DNA from: Nitrosopumilus maritimus SCM1
GTDB lineage: Archaea > Thermoproteota > Nitrososphaeria > Nitrososphaerales > Nitrosopumilaceae
Length of the DNA: 32,000 nucleotides
NCBI RefSeq assembly: GCF_000018465.1
Contig: NC_010085.1
Location: 210,001 to 242,000 of the forward strand
Reading direction: 5' to 3'
Shown: one piece after another, positions 17,624 to 26,067 of the stretch
Numbering within the stretch: the first letter of the stretch is position 1
Layout: the number at the start of each line of letters is the position of its first letter
Translations under genes and position numbers: made by a program
Notes under the pieces: model-generated
What the model saw: the letters and a program-made list of their open reading frames with translations, nothing else
Told to the model about the DNA's origin: nothing
Databases searched by the model: none

Positions 17624-19336
17624 ATGGTCGATTCAATTGAGTTTGATTTGATAATTTGTGGTTCTGGCTTAGCTGGTCTTAGGGCAGCAATTGCAGCTGC
17701 GAAAAAAGGACCTAATCTGAAAATTGGTATTGTATCAAAATTACAAGTAATGCGTTCTCACTCTGTTTCTGCAGAAGGTGGAACTGCTGCAGTTATTCAA
17801 GAAGATGCAGGTGATACCATTGAATCCCATGTTTATGATACTGTAAAGGGCAGTGACTTTCTTGCAGACCAAGATGTTGCTGAAAGACTTTGTGTTGAGA
17901 TGCCACAAGAAATCCATCAGTTAGATCATTGGGGCATGCCATGGTCTAGAAAAGATGATGGAAGAATTGATCAGCGAAACTTTGGTGGTTATAGTTTTCC
18001 AAGAGCAACTTATGCATCTGACAAAGTTGGTTTCTTTGAAATGCAAACATTGTATGACACATGTCAAAAACATGAAAATATAGAATATCTTAACGAATGG
18101 TTTGCAACATCTATTGTTCATGATGGTAAAAAATTCATGGGTCTTACGGCAATTGAATTAGGTTCTGGAACATTTTACACAATCAAAGGTAAAGCTCTCA
18201 TCATTGCAACTGGTGGTGCTGGAAGATTGTACAGTTTTTCAACTTATGCTTTATCATCAACACCTGATGGTTTAGACATGGGATTGCGTGCCGGTATGGC
18301 ACTAAAAGATATGGAGTTTGTACAATTTCATCCTACTGGTATCTTGCCATCTGGTATTTTGATCACTGAAGGTGCAAGAGGAGAAGGTGGTTATCTTCTT
18401 AACAACAAAGGTGAAAGATTCATGAAAACTTATGCAGCTGGAAAAATGGAATTAGCTCCACGTGATATTGTTTCTCGTTCTATTATGACAGAAATTCAAG
18501 AAGGTCGTGGTTTCAAACATGAAACAGGAGTTGATTGTATGAAACTTGATTTGAGACATCTTGGTGATGAAAAAATCAAAGAAAAGTTAGGTGGAATTAG
18601 AGAAATTTCTATCAAATTCTCAGGAATTGATCCTGCTGAAGAATTACTTGACATTAGACCTGTTTGCCATTACATGATGGGTGGGCTTCATACTGATATT
18701 GATGGAGCAACAGAAATCCAAGGAGTTTGGGCTGCAGGTGAGGCTGCATGTAACAGTGTTCATGGCTCAAACAGACTAGGTGCAAACTCTACCTCTGAGT
18801 GCATTGTTTGGGGTAAAATCACAGGTGAACTTGCAGCTGAGTATGCTATGAAAAACACAACTGCAGATCAATGGCCACATCACTTGGTTGCAGCAGAAGA
18901 AAAGAGAATCTATGATGGCATCTTTAGAGGAAATGGTGATGCAAATCCATATGAAATTAGACAAGAGTTAACTGATGTCATGAATGACAAAGCATATGTT
19001 TACAGAAACGAAACTGATCTTGTTGCAGGTCTTAAGAGAATTCGTGAACTAAAAGCACAAACTTGGAAACATGTTGATGATAAAGCAAAAGAGTACAACA
19101 CTAACTTTTCAAATGTTATGGAACTTGATTCTATGTTCAGAGTAGCTGAAATTGTATTAATTGGTGCAATTAATAGAAAAGAATCTCGTGGTGCTCATGC
19201 AAGAACTGATTATACTAAAAGAGATGATGCAAACTTTTTGCATCACACATTAGCATATTATGATCCAAATGAACCAATCATGAAGACGCATCCAGTGACA
19301 ATCACTAAGTATCAGCCTGTGGAGAGGAAATACTAG
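17624..19336 (+). CDS. sdhA: Succinate dehydrogenase/fumarate reductase flavoprotein subunit
   Basis: GSGLAGLRAAI, SHSVSAEGGTAA, FVQFHPTGILPSG, GARGEGGYLLN, RPVCHYMMGG, SRGAHARTDY. Confidence 0.97.
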   Translation: MVDSIEFDLIICGSGLAGLRAAIAAAKKGPNLKIGIVSKLQVMRSHSVSAEGGTAAVIQEDAGDTIESHVYDTVKGSDFLADQDVAERLCVEMPQEIHQLDHWGMPWSRKDDGRIDQRNFGGYSFPRATYASDKVGFFEMQTLYDTCQKHENIEYLNEWFATSIVHDGKKFMGLTAIELGSGTFYTIKGKALIIATGGAGRLYSFSTYALSSTPDGLDMGLRAGMALKDMEFVQFHPTGILPSGILITEGARGEGGYLLNNKGERFMKTYAAGKMELAPRDIVSRSIMTEIQEGRGFKHETGVDCMKLDLRHLGDEKIKEKLGGIREISIKFSGIDPAEELLDIRPVCHYMMGGLHTDIDGATEIQGVWAAGEAACNSVHGSNRLGANSTSECIVWGKITGELAAEYAMKNTTADQWPHHLVAAEEKRIYDGIFRGNGDANPYEIRQELTDVMNDKAYVYRNETDLVAGLKRIRELKAQTWKHVDDKAKEYNTNFSNVMELDSMFRVAEIVLIGAINRKESRGAHARTDYTKRDDANFLHHTLAYYDPNEPIMKTHPVTITKYQPVERKY

Positions 19337-19768
19337 ATGACTCAAGACGAACACAAAGAAGGTTTCAAGGGAATGGCTAATCCTAGTCGTTATGGAATTG
19401 AAAGAGTAGCTTATTGGTTAATGAGATTAAGTGGTTTAGGATTATTAGCATATTTTATCGGTCACATTTATGAAACTAGTAATATTTTACGCGGACGTGT
19501 AGGATGGAATGAGTTTCTCGAATTAACTCAAACCACTGAAGGACACATTGTTTTGGCAATTGTAATTGCAATGTGTGTTTTTCATACCGTTAATGGAATT
19601 AGAGTAATGTTGGGACATGGTGGAGTTGGTGTTGGAAAACCTGCAAGACCTGATTATCCATATGACCCAGCATCTCAAAATTACAGACACAAGATAGGAA
19701 TCTATTCTGCAATAATTCTTGCTGCAATTGCTATGATGTACGGATTAGCCGTAATGTTTGGTGAGTAA
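19337..19768 (+). CDS. sdhC: Succinate dehydrogenase membrane anchor subunit (cytochrome b type)
   Basis: Three TM segments, SGLGLLAYFIGHIYETS and VFHTVNGIRVML motifs, position between sdhA and sdhB. Confidence 0.85.
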   Translation: MTQDEHKEGFKGMANPSRYGIERVAYWLMRLSGLGLLAYFIGHIYETSNILRGRVGWNEFLELTQTTEGHIVLAIVIAMCVFHTVNGIRVMLGHGGVGVGKPARPDYPYDPASQNYRHKIGIYSAIILAAIAMMYGLAVMFGE

Positions 19769-19769
19769 A

Positions 19770-20114
19770 ATGAGAGAAAGTACTATTATGAAAATCCACT
19801 ATGGAACTGCTTTAGCAGCAGTTGCCTTAGTTGCTGTTCACATATTGATGCGTATGACTATGAATTTTGCTGACTCTTTAGAATATGAAACTGTTCTTGC
19901 AAATTACAAATTCATTCCTTATGCTATAATGTTAGAATTAATCCTAGTTTTGCTTTCAGTGCATGGATTTAATGGACTAAGAGTGATCTTATTGGAACTT
20001 AAACAAGGACGTGTATATGAAAAAGCAGTTTCTTATGGCTGTCTTGCAGCAATGTTTGCACTAATTGCATATGGTTCACGAACAATTATTATGACTAACA
20101 TGGGGATGGTATAG
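19770..20114 (+). CDS. sdhD: Succinate dehydrogenase membrane anchor subunit
   Basis: Three TM segments, VHGFNGLRVILLE, operon position. ATG at 19770 lies right after the sdhC stop. Confidence 0.8.
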   Translation: MRESTIMKIHYGTALAAVALVAVHILMRMTMNFADSLEYETVLANYKFIPYAIMLELILVLLSVHGFNGLRVILLELKQGRVYEKAVSYGCLAAMFALIAYGSRTIIMTNMGMV

Positions 20115-20116
20115 AG

Positions 20117-20866
20117 ATGGCACAAGTTTCTAGTATTGCAGATGACCAATCTTCTCAATCAATCACACTTAGAATTGCAAGATACAATCCTGAAAAAGAC
20201 AGTGAACGACAATTCATGGAATTCACTGTTCCCTATGAAAAGTGGACTACTGTACTTGAAGCAATTCTTGATGTAAAGAAACACTTTGATCATTCTGTTG
20301 CAGTTCGTTATTCATGCAGACAAGCAACATGTGGTTCATGTGGAATGATAATTAATGGAAAACCAAGACTAGCATGCTTTACAAAAATTAGTGAACTTGA
20401 TTCAAATATTGTAACTGTAGAACCAATGAACAACTTCCCAATTATTCGTGACTTGGCTGTTAAGTTTGAAAGACTATTTGACACTCATCATAAAATCAAA
20501 CCTTATCTTGATAGGGATGATACTGAATTAGAATCTGATGCAAAAGAATTCTTGCAATCTCCAGAAGAATTAGAACAATACATCCAATTTGCAAATTGTA
20601 TCAAATGTGGATTGTGTAATTCTGCATGTCCTACTATGGCTACTGATTCTTCATTTGTAGGTCCACAAGCACTTGCTCAAGCCTATCGTTATGTGGCAGA
20701 TAGTAGAGACAAAGGAAAAGATTCTAGACTAAAAATCATTGATGAATCTCACGGAATTTGGAGATGTCATTTCGCAGGCTCTTGTAGTCAGGTGTGTCCA
20801 AAAGGTGTTGACCCTGCAATGGGAATTCAACTTCTTAGAGGATATATGCTTGGTTTTAGAAGTTAA
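20117..20866 (+). CDS. sdhB: Succinate dehydrogenase iron-sulfur subunit
   Basis: YSCRQATCGSCGM, CIKCGLCNSACPTM, CSQVCPKGVDP. Confidence 0.96.
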   Translation: MAQVSSIADDQSSQSITLRIARYNPEKDSERQFMEFTVPYEKWTTVLEAILDVKKHFDHSVAVRYSCRQATCGSCGMIINGKPRLACFTKISELDSNIVTVEPMNNFPIIRDLAVKFERLFDTHHKIKPYLDRDDTELESDAKEFLQSPEELEQYIQFANCIKCGLCNSACPTMATDSSFVGPQALAQAYRYVADSRDKGKDSRLKIIDESHGIWRCHFAGSCSQVCPKGVDPAMGIQLLRGYMLGFRS

Positions 20867-21186
20867 CCAAGTTTTTTTGGATTTGGACTATTGTTAACTT
20901 GATTGTTAATTTGCTCTGCCATAAAGTGATTTGATACATTCACTTTAACATCATCAACGCCATCTACTTTCAAAAGATTGTCATGTATATCTTGACAAAT
21001 TTTAAAACCAAACACTGCTGGACAGAATGGACTTGTTAAGTGCAAATCAACTTTAACATCGCTACCATTGATATCAACTTCATCAATTAATTCTAGTTCT
21101 ACAATTGATGTGTTAATTTCTGGATCTACAATCTTTGATAACTCGTCGAATAGTTTTACTCGAAGCTGTTTGATATCTTGACTCAT
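20863..21186 (-). CDS. MIP18/DUF59-family protein (SufT/PaaD-like)
   Basis: LSKIVDPEINTSIVELELIDEVDINGSDVKVDLHLTSPFCPAVFG. ATG at 21186 preferred. Confidence 0.85.
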   Translation of the reverse strand: MSQDIKQLRVKLFDELSKIVDPEINTSIVELELIDEVDINGSDVKVDLHLTSPFCPAVFGFKICQDIHDNLLKVDGVDDVKVNVSNHFMAEQINNQVNNSPNPKKLG

Positions 21187-21235
21187 GTGGGCAAAAGCGT
21201 CGATGCTATATATAACCATTCTAGAACCTTAGGTA

Positions 21236-22693
21236 ATGTATCGTTCACGTCTTGGAAATGATTTGAGTGATATTACTTTAGATTATGTTTCATCCATTGA
21301 TGATGATGCTGCAATCACTTTTTATGATATTGTTGGAAGTCAAGCTCATGTTTTGATGTTATATCAACAAAAAATAATCACAAAAAGTGATGCAAAGAAG
21401 ATTCTTTCTTCTTTGGAGAGCTTGAAAGATGAAACATTTGATTCATCATCTGGTGCTGAAGATATTCATGAATTAATTGAAGCACTAGTAATCAAAAGGG
21501 CTGGAATGTCCAGTGGAGGTAAAATGCACACTGCACGTTCAAGAAATGATCAAGTTGTTTTAGATATTAGAATGAAAATTAGAGATGATATCAATATTAT
21601 CTGTAATTGTCTTTTAGATACTATTGAAGCACTAGTTTCTGTGGCTAAAAATCACCAAAAAACAATCATGCCACTTTATACTCATCTTCAACAAGCTCAA
21701 GCTGGTTTATTCTCTCATTATCTTCTTGCACATGCAGATGTTTTATCAAGAGATTTCCAAAGACTCTATGGAACATTTGAAAGAATTAATCAAAGTCCAT
21801 TAGGTGCAGGACCTGTTGGCGGAACAAGTATTTCAATTGATAGACGCAGCACTGCAAAGATGTTAGGTTTTGATGATGTAGTTGAAAATTCAATTGATGC
21901 AACTAGCACACGTGACTTTGTAGCAGAGTATGTCTCAATGGTCTCAATTTTAATGACTAATCTTAGTAAAATTGCTGAAGATTTTGTAATTTGGTCTACT
22001 TCTGAATTTTCTTTTATTGAATTATCTGATGAATTTACATCACCATCAAGTGTAATGCCACAAAAGAAAAACCCTGACATCTTAGAGCTAACTCGTGGAA
22101 AAACATCTGAAGTTATTGGAAATCTTACTGCAATTTTAACTACTGTTAAAGGACTGGCCTCTGGTTATGGACGTGATTTACAACAGATAAAATCTTCAAT
22201 TTGGTCTACCTCAAAGATTTCAATCAGTGCTCTTTTAATTTTCAAATCAATGCTTCTTACTTTGAAAGTAAATGAAAAACAAATGAAAAAAGTAACAGAA
22301 TCTAGTAATCTCATTGCTTTAGATATTGCAGAAAAATTAGTTCAAGAAGGAATTCCATTCCGTGTAACTCATAAAATTGCTGGCTCTTTAACCCAATTGG
22401 CACATTTATCAAAAAAACCGATTTCAAAACTTACTCCATCTGATATCAAAAAATCTGTGGCTGACACCAAAGTTGATCCTAAACTCGTCTTAGAAATTAT
22501 TTCTTCTATAACTGTGGTATCCTCTTTAAAGGAGAGAAAATCATATGGTTCTTCAGGATACGATGAACAAAAACGAATGATTTCAGATAGACTCAAAAAA
22601 ATTAATGATTTTAGAACTGATCTTACTCATAGAGAAAACAAAATCAATTCTTCTCTTGAAGATTTGAAAAAACAAATTGATGAAATTATTTAA
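21236..22693 (+). CDS. argH: Argininosuccinate lyase
   Basis: HTARSRNDQVVLDIR, THLQQAQ, GAGPVGGTS, SSVMPQKKNPDILELTRGK. Confidence 0.96.
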   Translation: MYRSRLGNDLSDITLDYVSSIDDDAAITFYDIVGSQAHVLMLYQQKIITKSDAKKILSSLESLKDETFDSSSGAEDIHELIEALVIKRAGMSSGGKMHTARSRNDQVVLDIRMKIRDDINIICNCLLDTIEALVSVAKNHQKTIMPLYTHLQQAQAGLFSHYLLAHADVLSRDFQRLYGTFERINQSPLGAGPVGGTSISIDRRSTAKMLGFDDVVENSIDATSTRDFVAEYVSMVSILMTNLSKIAEDFVIWSTSEFSFIELSDEFTSPSSVMPQKKNPDILELTRGKTSEVIGNLTAILTTVKGLASGYGRDLQQIKSSIWSTSKISISALLIFKSMLLTLKVNEKQMKKVTESSNLIALDIAEKLVQEGIPFRVTHKIAGSLTQLAHLSKKPISKLTPSDIKKSVADTKVDPKLVLEIISSITVVSSLKERKSYGSSGYDEQKRMISDRLKKINDFRTDLTHRENKINSSLEDLKKQIDEII

Positions 22694-22709
22694 TGAAAAA
22701 GAAAAGTAG

Positions 22710-22783
22710 CGGGTCTAAAGGGATTCGGACCCTTGACAACCGGATTAAAAGTCCGGTGCGCTACCTGGCTGCGCCATAGACCC
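22710..22783 (-). tRNA. tRNA-Lys (anticodon TTT)
   Basis: Reverse complement GGGTCTATGGCGCAGCCAGGTAGCGCACCGGACTTTTAATCCGGTTGTCAAGGGTCCGAATCCCTTTAGACCCG folds as a cloverleaf. Confidence 0.94.
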
Positions 22784-22878
22784 TCACGAAAAATGCTTTA
22801 CGTGTATAATTTAGTCTTTTACAAAATTTATTGTTGTGACAGAAACTTTTAATCTGGCAATCTGATTCATTGAACTTG

Positions 22879-22956
22879 TGCCCTTGTAGTATAGCCCGGT
22901 CTAGAATTCGGCCCTGTCACGGCTGAGACGCGTGTTCAAATCCCGCCGAGGGCGCC
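22879..22956 (+). tRNA. tRNA-Asp (anticodon GTC), with encoded 3' CCA and two stem mismatches
   Basis: GCCCTTG/CGAGGGC acceptor, CGGCC-CTGTCAC-GGCTG anticodon arm, GCGTG-TTCAAAT-CCCGC T-arm. Mismatches at 12-23 (A-A) and 52-62 (T-C). Confidence 0.82.
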
Positions 22957-23073
22957 ATTATTTTCATTTAATCATTTTCAAACCGATCACAATTGTTTTT
23001 TCGTTCTAAAACTAATGATTTGTAGTCTATATCACAAGAATATTAAAATTCAGGCAAATTTTTGATTATTTTG

Positions 23074-23793
23074 TTGTCTGAAGAGAAAAAAGAATCTGAA
23101 GTAGAAGCAAAACCTGCTGAAGATTTCGCATCAGAAAAACCATCTGCTGAAGACACTGCAAAAGCAGAAGCTGAAAAAGCCCTTGAAGATGCAAAAAAAG
23201 CATCTGATGCAACAGCAAAAGCAGAAGCTGCAGCAAAAGCAGTAGAAGAAGCTGAAAACGCTGTTAAAGAAGCTCTTGCAAAAGCTCAAGCTGCAAAAGA
23301 AGAAGCTGAAGCTGCTGCGGAAGAAGAATACAAAGCAATTGCAGCTGAAGTAAAAGCAGATGCTGCAAAAGCAGCTAATTACACCTTTAAGCGACAAGGT
23401 GAAGAAATCTTTAGACGTGAAATGGGAGAACCTGAATTTTGGTTAGAAAAAGAGGATCGTTTCCCACGACCAATTTTAACTGCTGAACAACAAGAATCTG
23501 TTACTAGACAAGTAGAAATTCCACAAGATCAAACTCCTGCTTATAATCCAGAAAATGTTCTTAGTCCGGAATTTGAAGGAAAATCAAATTATGAACGAGG
23601 TGTAGGTGAAATTTTAGAAGTTGCAAAATTAAAACTTGAAACATTAAAGAATAATCCTGATGCAACTGAAAAAGATATCAAAGACACAGAAGATGAAATT
23701 ACTTATTTAGAATCTTTACATGAAAATTACTTTATTGGAATGAATGTATTTAGAACAGCTCACGGCGGTAGAAGTAAAATAACAGCTAAATGA
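23074..23793 (+). CDS. Hypothetical protein: Ala/Glu/Lys-rich coiled-coil N-terminus plus non-repetitive C-terminal domain
   Basis: Long in-frame ORF, strongly coding composition, 12 nt upstream of the GluTR-like gene. Start is likely a TTG (23074, or 23071/23062). Confidence 0.75.
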   Translation: MSEEKKESEVEAKPAEDFASEKPSAEDTAKAEAEKALEDAKKASDATAKAEAAAKAVEEAENAVKEALAKAQAAKEEAEAAAEEEYKAIAAEVKADAAKAANYTFKRQGEEIFRREMGEPEFWLEKEDRFPRPILTAEQQESVTRQVEIPQDQTPAYNPENVLSPEFEGKSNYERGVGEILEVAKLKLETLKNNPDATEKDIKDTEDEITYLESLHENYFIGMNVFRTAHGGRSKITAK

Positions 23794-23805
23794 GGATGAT
23801 GTGCT

Positions 23806-24882
23806 TTGGGTAACGTAAGTTTTGATGTAATGAATGCACGAGTAACTTTCAAAAATGTACCAATTCACTCTTTATCAAAATTTGAATTCAAAGATGTGTC
23901 TGCTGCATGTGAAGAATTCAAAAAAATTCCTGGCGTTGATGAATGTATAATTATTCAAACTGCAAGTAGAGTTGAAATCTTTACAGTAAGTAATGTTGAA
24001 GATGATGATTCTCCTGATGCAAGAAGAGATGAAGCAAAAGGTCTTATCTTAAATCAAGTTAAAGACACTTGGGTATCATTATCTTCTTTAGAACAAATAG
24101 ACATTGATCATTTTGATCAAACAATTGAGGTTTACAAAGGCAATGATGTCTATCTTAATTTATTACGTTTAGCTGCAGGACTTGATTCTTTCGTTGTAGG
24201 TAAGAGAGAAGTGTATGATGAAATAGTTCAATCTCTTGAGAAAGCAAAACAAGCAGGAACTTCTGGTAAGATTTTGAATAAATTATTTGATAGCGTTGTT
24301 CGACTAGCCACAAAAATGAGAGATGCTACTGGAATTGAAAAAGATGTTATCTCTCTTGGTGATATTGCAGTAAAACTGGTAGATGAAAAAGCTGGCTTGG
24401 ATGCTAAAAAGAAGGTATTGTTAATGGGAACTGGTGAATCTGCAGCACAAGTTGCAAAGACTCTCAACAAGAAAGAAGTTCCTTATGATGTTGCTAGCAG
24501 AACTCTTGATAGGGCTACAGGTTTTTCAACTGTTGTGGGTGGAACTCCTGTTGATTTTAATGATGCATTGGCAGGTTTAGACAAGTATGATATTGTATTT
24601 GTTGCAACAACTGCCGACTATTTCATAATCACTCATGAAAGAATTAGACTAGTTATGGAAGAAAAGAAGAAAGGTACTCTAATCATGGATATTTCAGAAC
24701 CAAGAGCTGTTAATGAGGATATCACCTCTCTTCCAGGAATCAAATTATTATTTAGAGATCAAATTGCTGAACTCTACGAAGAAAGTGTTAAAGCTAGAAA
24801 AGGCATTGTTCCTGCAGTTGAAAAAATCATAGACAAAGAACTTCCTGTCTTGTCAGTTAGAATGCAAAAATTAGAAAATTAA
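23806..24882 (+). CDS. Glutamyl-tRNA reductase (HemA) homolog, divergent
   Basis: Three-part GluTR pattern: NARVTFKNVPIH..IIIQTASRVEIFTV, LLRLAAGLDSFVVGKREV, VLLMGTGESAAQVAKTL..ASRTLDRA, IMDISEPRAVNEDI. I give no symbol because function is uncertain. Confidence 0.85.
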   Translation: MGNVSFDVMNARVTFKNVPIHSLSKFEFKDVSAACEEFKKIPGVDECIIIQTASRVEIFTVSNVEDDDSPDARRDEAKGLILNQVKDTWVSLSSLEQIDIDHFDQTIEVYKGNDVYLNLLRLAAGLDSFVVGKREVYDEIVQSLEKAKQAGTSGKILNKLFDSVVRLATKMRDATGIEKDVISLGDIAVKLVDEKAGLDAKKKVLLMGTGESAAQVAKTLNKKEVPYDVASRTLDRATGFSTVVGGTPVDFNDALAGLDKYDIVFVATTADYFIITHERIRLVMEEKKKGTLIMDISEPRAVNEDITSLPGIKLLFRDQIAELYEESVKARKGIVPAVEKIIDKELPVLSVRMQKLEN

Positions 24883-24887
24883 TTTTC

Positions 24888-25055
24888 TTAAAGACCCTGT
24901 TTTCTCAATAGGAATTGCATAATAGCTTCCTTAGAGTAGTCGATTCCATGTTCCTCTTCAGTGTGATTTCTAAAGTTTTCAATAACTTGTTCTGTTTCCC
25001 CATCAGCTACAAAATCACATTCAAAACCATAATCTCTACACTTGAGTTCTGTCAT
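24888..25055 (-). CDS. DUF1059-like small protein (55 aa), absent from the ORF track
   Basis: Translated by hand: MTELKCRDYGFECDFVADGETEQVIENFRNHTEEEHGIDYSKEAIMQFLLRKQGL; CRDxGFxCDFVxxGET...H...HG is the DUF1059 pattern. Confidence 0.8.
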   Translation of the reverse strand: MTELKCRDYGFECDFVADGETEQVIENFRNHTEEEHGIDYSKEAIMQFLLRKQGL

Positions 25056-25139
25056 GCTTTTGGAAAAAAAGTCTCACTATAAAAATCCACAGGTAATGTT
25101 GGTATAGTGATAATAGATCTTGGAAAGAAAACTTGTTCT

Positions 25140-25982
25140 TTATCCGTAGGATTCAAACTTGATGCCAAAACTTCCGTCTGGCTTCTTTTCGTGTTCTGTA
25201 ACAAATCCTTGTGGTCCTAAAGAATCAATTACTCCATCAATAGTGCCTTGATAACCACAAATGTAGATGATAGTATTTTCAGGTGTAATTTTTTCTCCCA
25301 CCATTTCTTCTACAGGTGACATTCCTGTCTTTTTATCAGGTGCAAAGAATGATTCTACTCTGCCTACATGACCATTCCATGATCTATTGAAAAATTCTTT
25401 TGGTCTACTAATAGCTGCTCTATATCTAAAGTTCCATTGATCTCTTCCTCGTCTTTCGCTTTCCATCTCTAAATCTGTAAAGAGACGTTTGTAGCTTAAC
25501 TCATCAACATAACTAGCACCATGTAAAACAACCACTTCTCTTTTGTCATTTACATCGTGGAAATGTTTTGCAAATGCAACAAATGGTGCAATACCTGTAC
25601 CACCACCAACACAAATTACTCTTCTTTTATCTTCTTCTCCATTTGGAAGCGTGTCACTAATTTGTAATGCAGTTCCACTAGGATCACCTAACCAAACTTC
25701 ATCACCAACACTTGCATAGAATAATTCTGTAGTAACTCTTCCTGGAAGTGGTTTTCTTACCCATCTAATTACAAATTCAAAATAATCTCTGTTTTCTGCA
25801 TGTGATGCAATGGAATATGCTCTTCTAACAATTTTTTTTTCTGCTGGTATTGGAACACCGATTGTCAAAAATTGACCTGTATGATATTCTGGCATTCCTC
25901 CTTCTGGAAGTAGTCTGATAATTACAAGATCTTCTTTTAATAATTCTCTGTAAATTACCTTAGCCTTTGTCTCACTAACCAT
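25140..25982 (-). CDS. Ferredoxin-NADP(+) reductase-like FAD/NAD-binding oxidoreductase (copy B)
   Basis: Same motifs as 13939-14784 (RRAYSIAS, GGGTGIAPFVA, YICGYQGTIDGV); closely similar over full length. Confidence 0.88.
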   Translation of the reverse strand: MVSETKAKVIYRELLKEDLVIIRLLPEGGMPEYHTGQFLTIGVPIPAEKKIVRRAYSIASHAENRDYFEFVIRWVRKPLPGRVTTELFYASVGDEVWLGDPSGTALQISDTLPNGEEDKRRVICVGGGTGIAPFVAFAKHFHDVNDKREVVVLHGASYVDELSYKRLFTDLEMESERRGRDQWNFRYRAAISRPKEFFNRSWNGHVGRVESFFAPDKKTGMSPVEEMVGEKITPENTIIYICGYQGTIDGVIDSLGPQGFVTEHEKKPDGSFGIKFESYG

Positions 25983-26067
25983 ACCACAAGTTTTTTCGCT
26001 ACTTTGGATAAATATATTTCTGTTATATCTGATGAAAAAATTAATTTCTTAACGAAAATTTGAAACT

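Noticed and set aside
22784-22878. Possible C/D box sRNA between the Lys and Asp tRNA genes
   Set aside because: An isolated CTGA is present but I could not find a convincing C box (RTGATGA) with a paired D box and spacing.
23131-23397. Minus-strand 88-aa ORF rich in Cys/Phe/Ser
   Set aside because: It is the antisense shadow of the Ala/Glu/Lys-rich repeat region (GCA/GAA/AAA codons); composition is artefactual.
13939-25982. FNR-like gene pair as flanks of a composite mobile element
   Set aside because: Intervening genes are housekeeping (sdh, argH, tRNAs, alba), similarity is at the diverged-paralog level, and no transposase or terminal repeats were seen.
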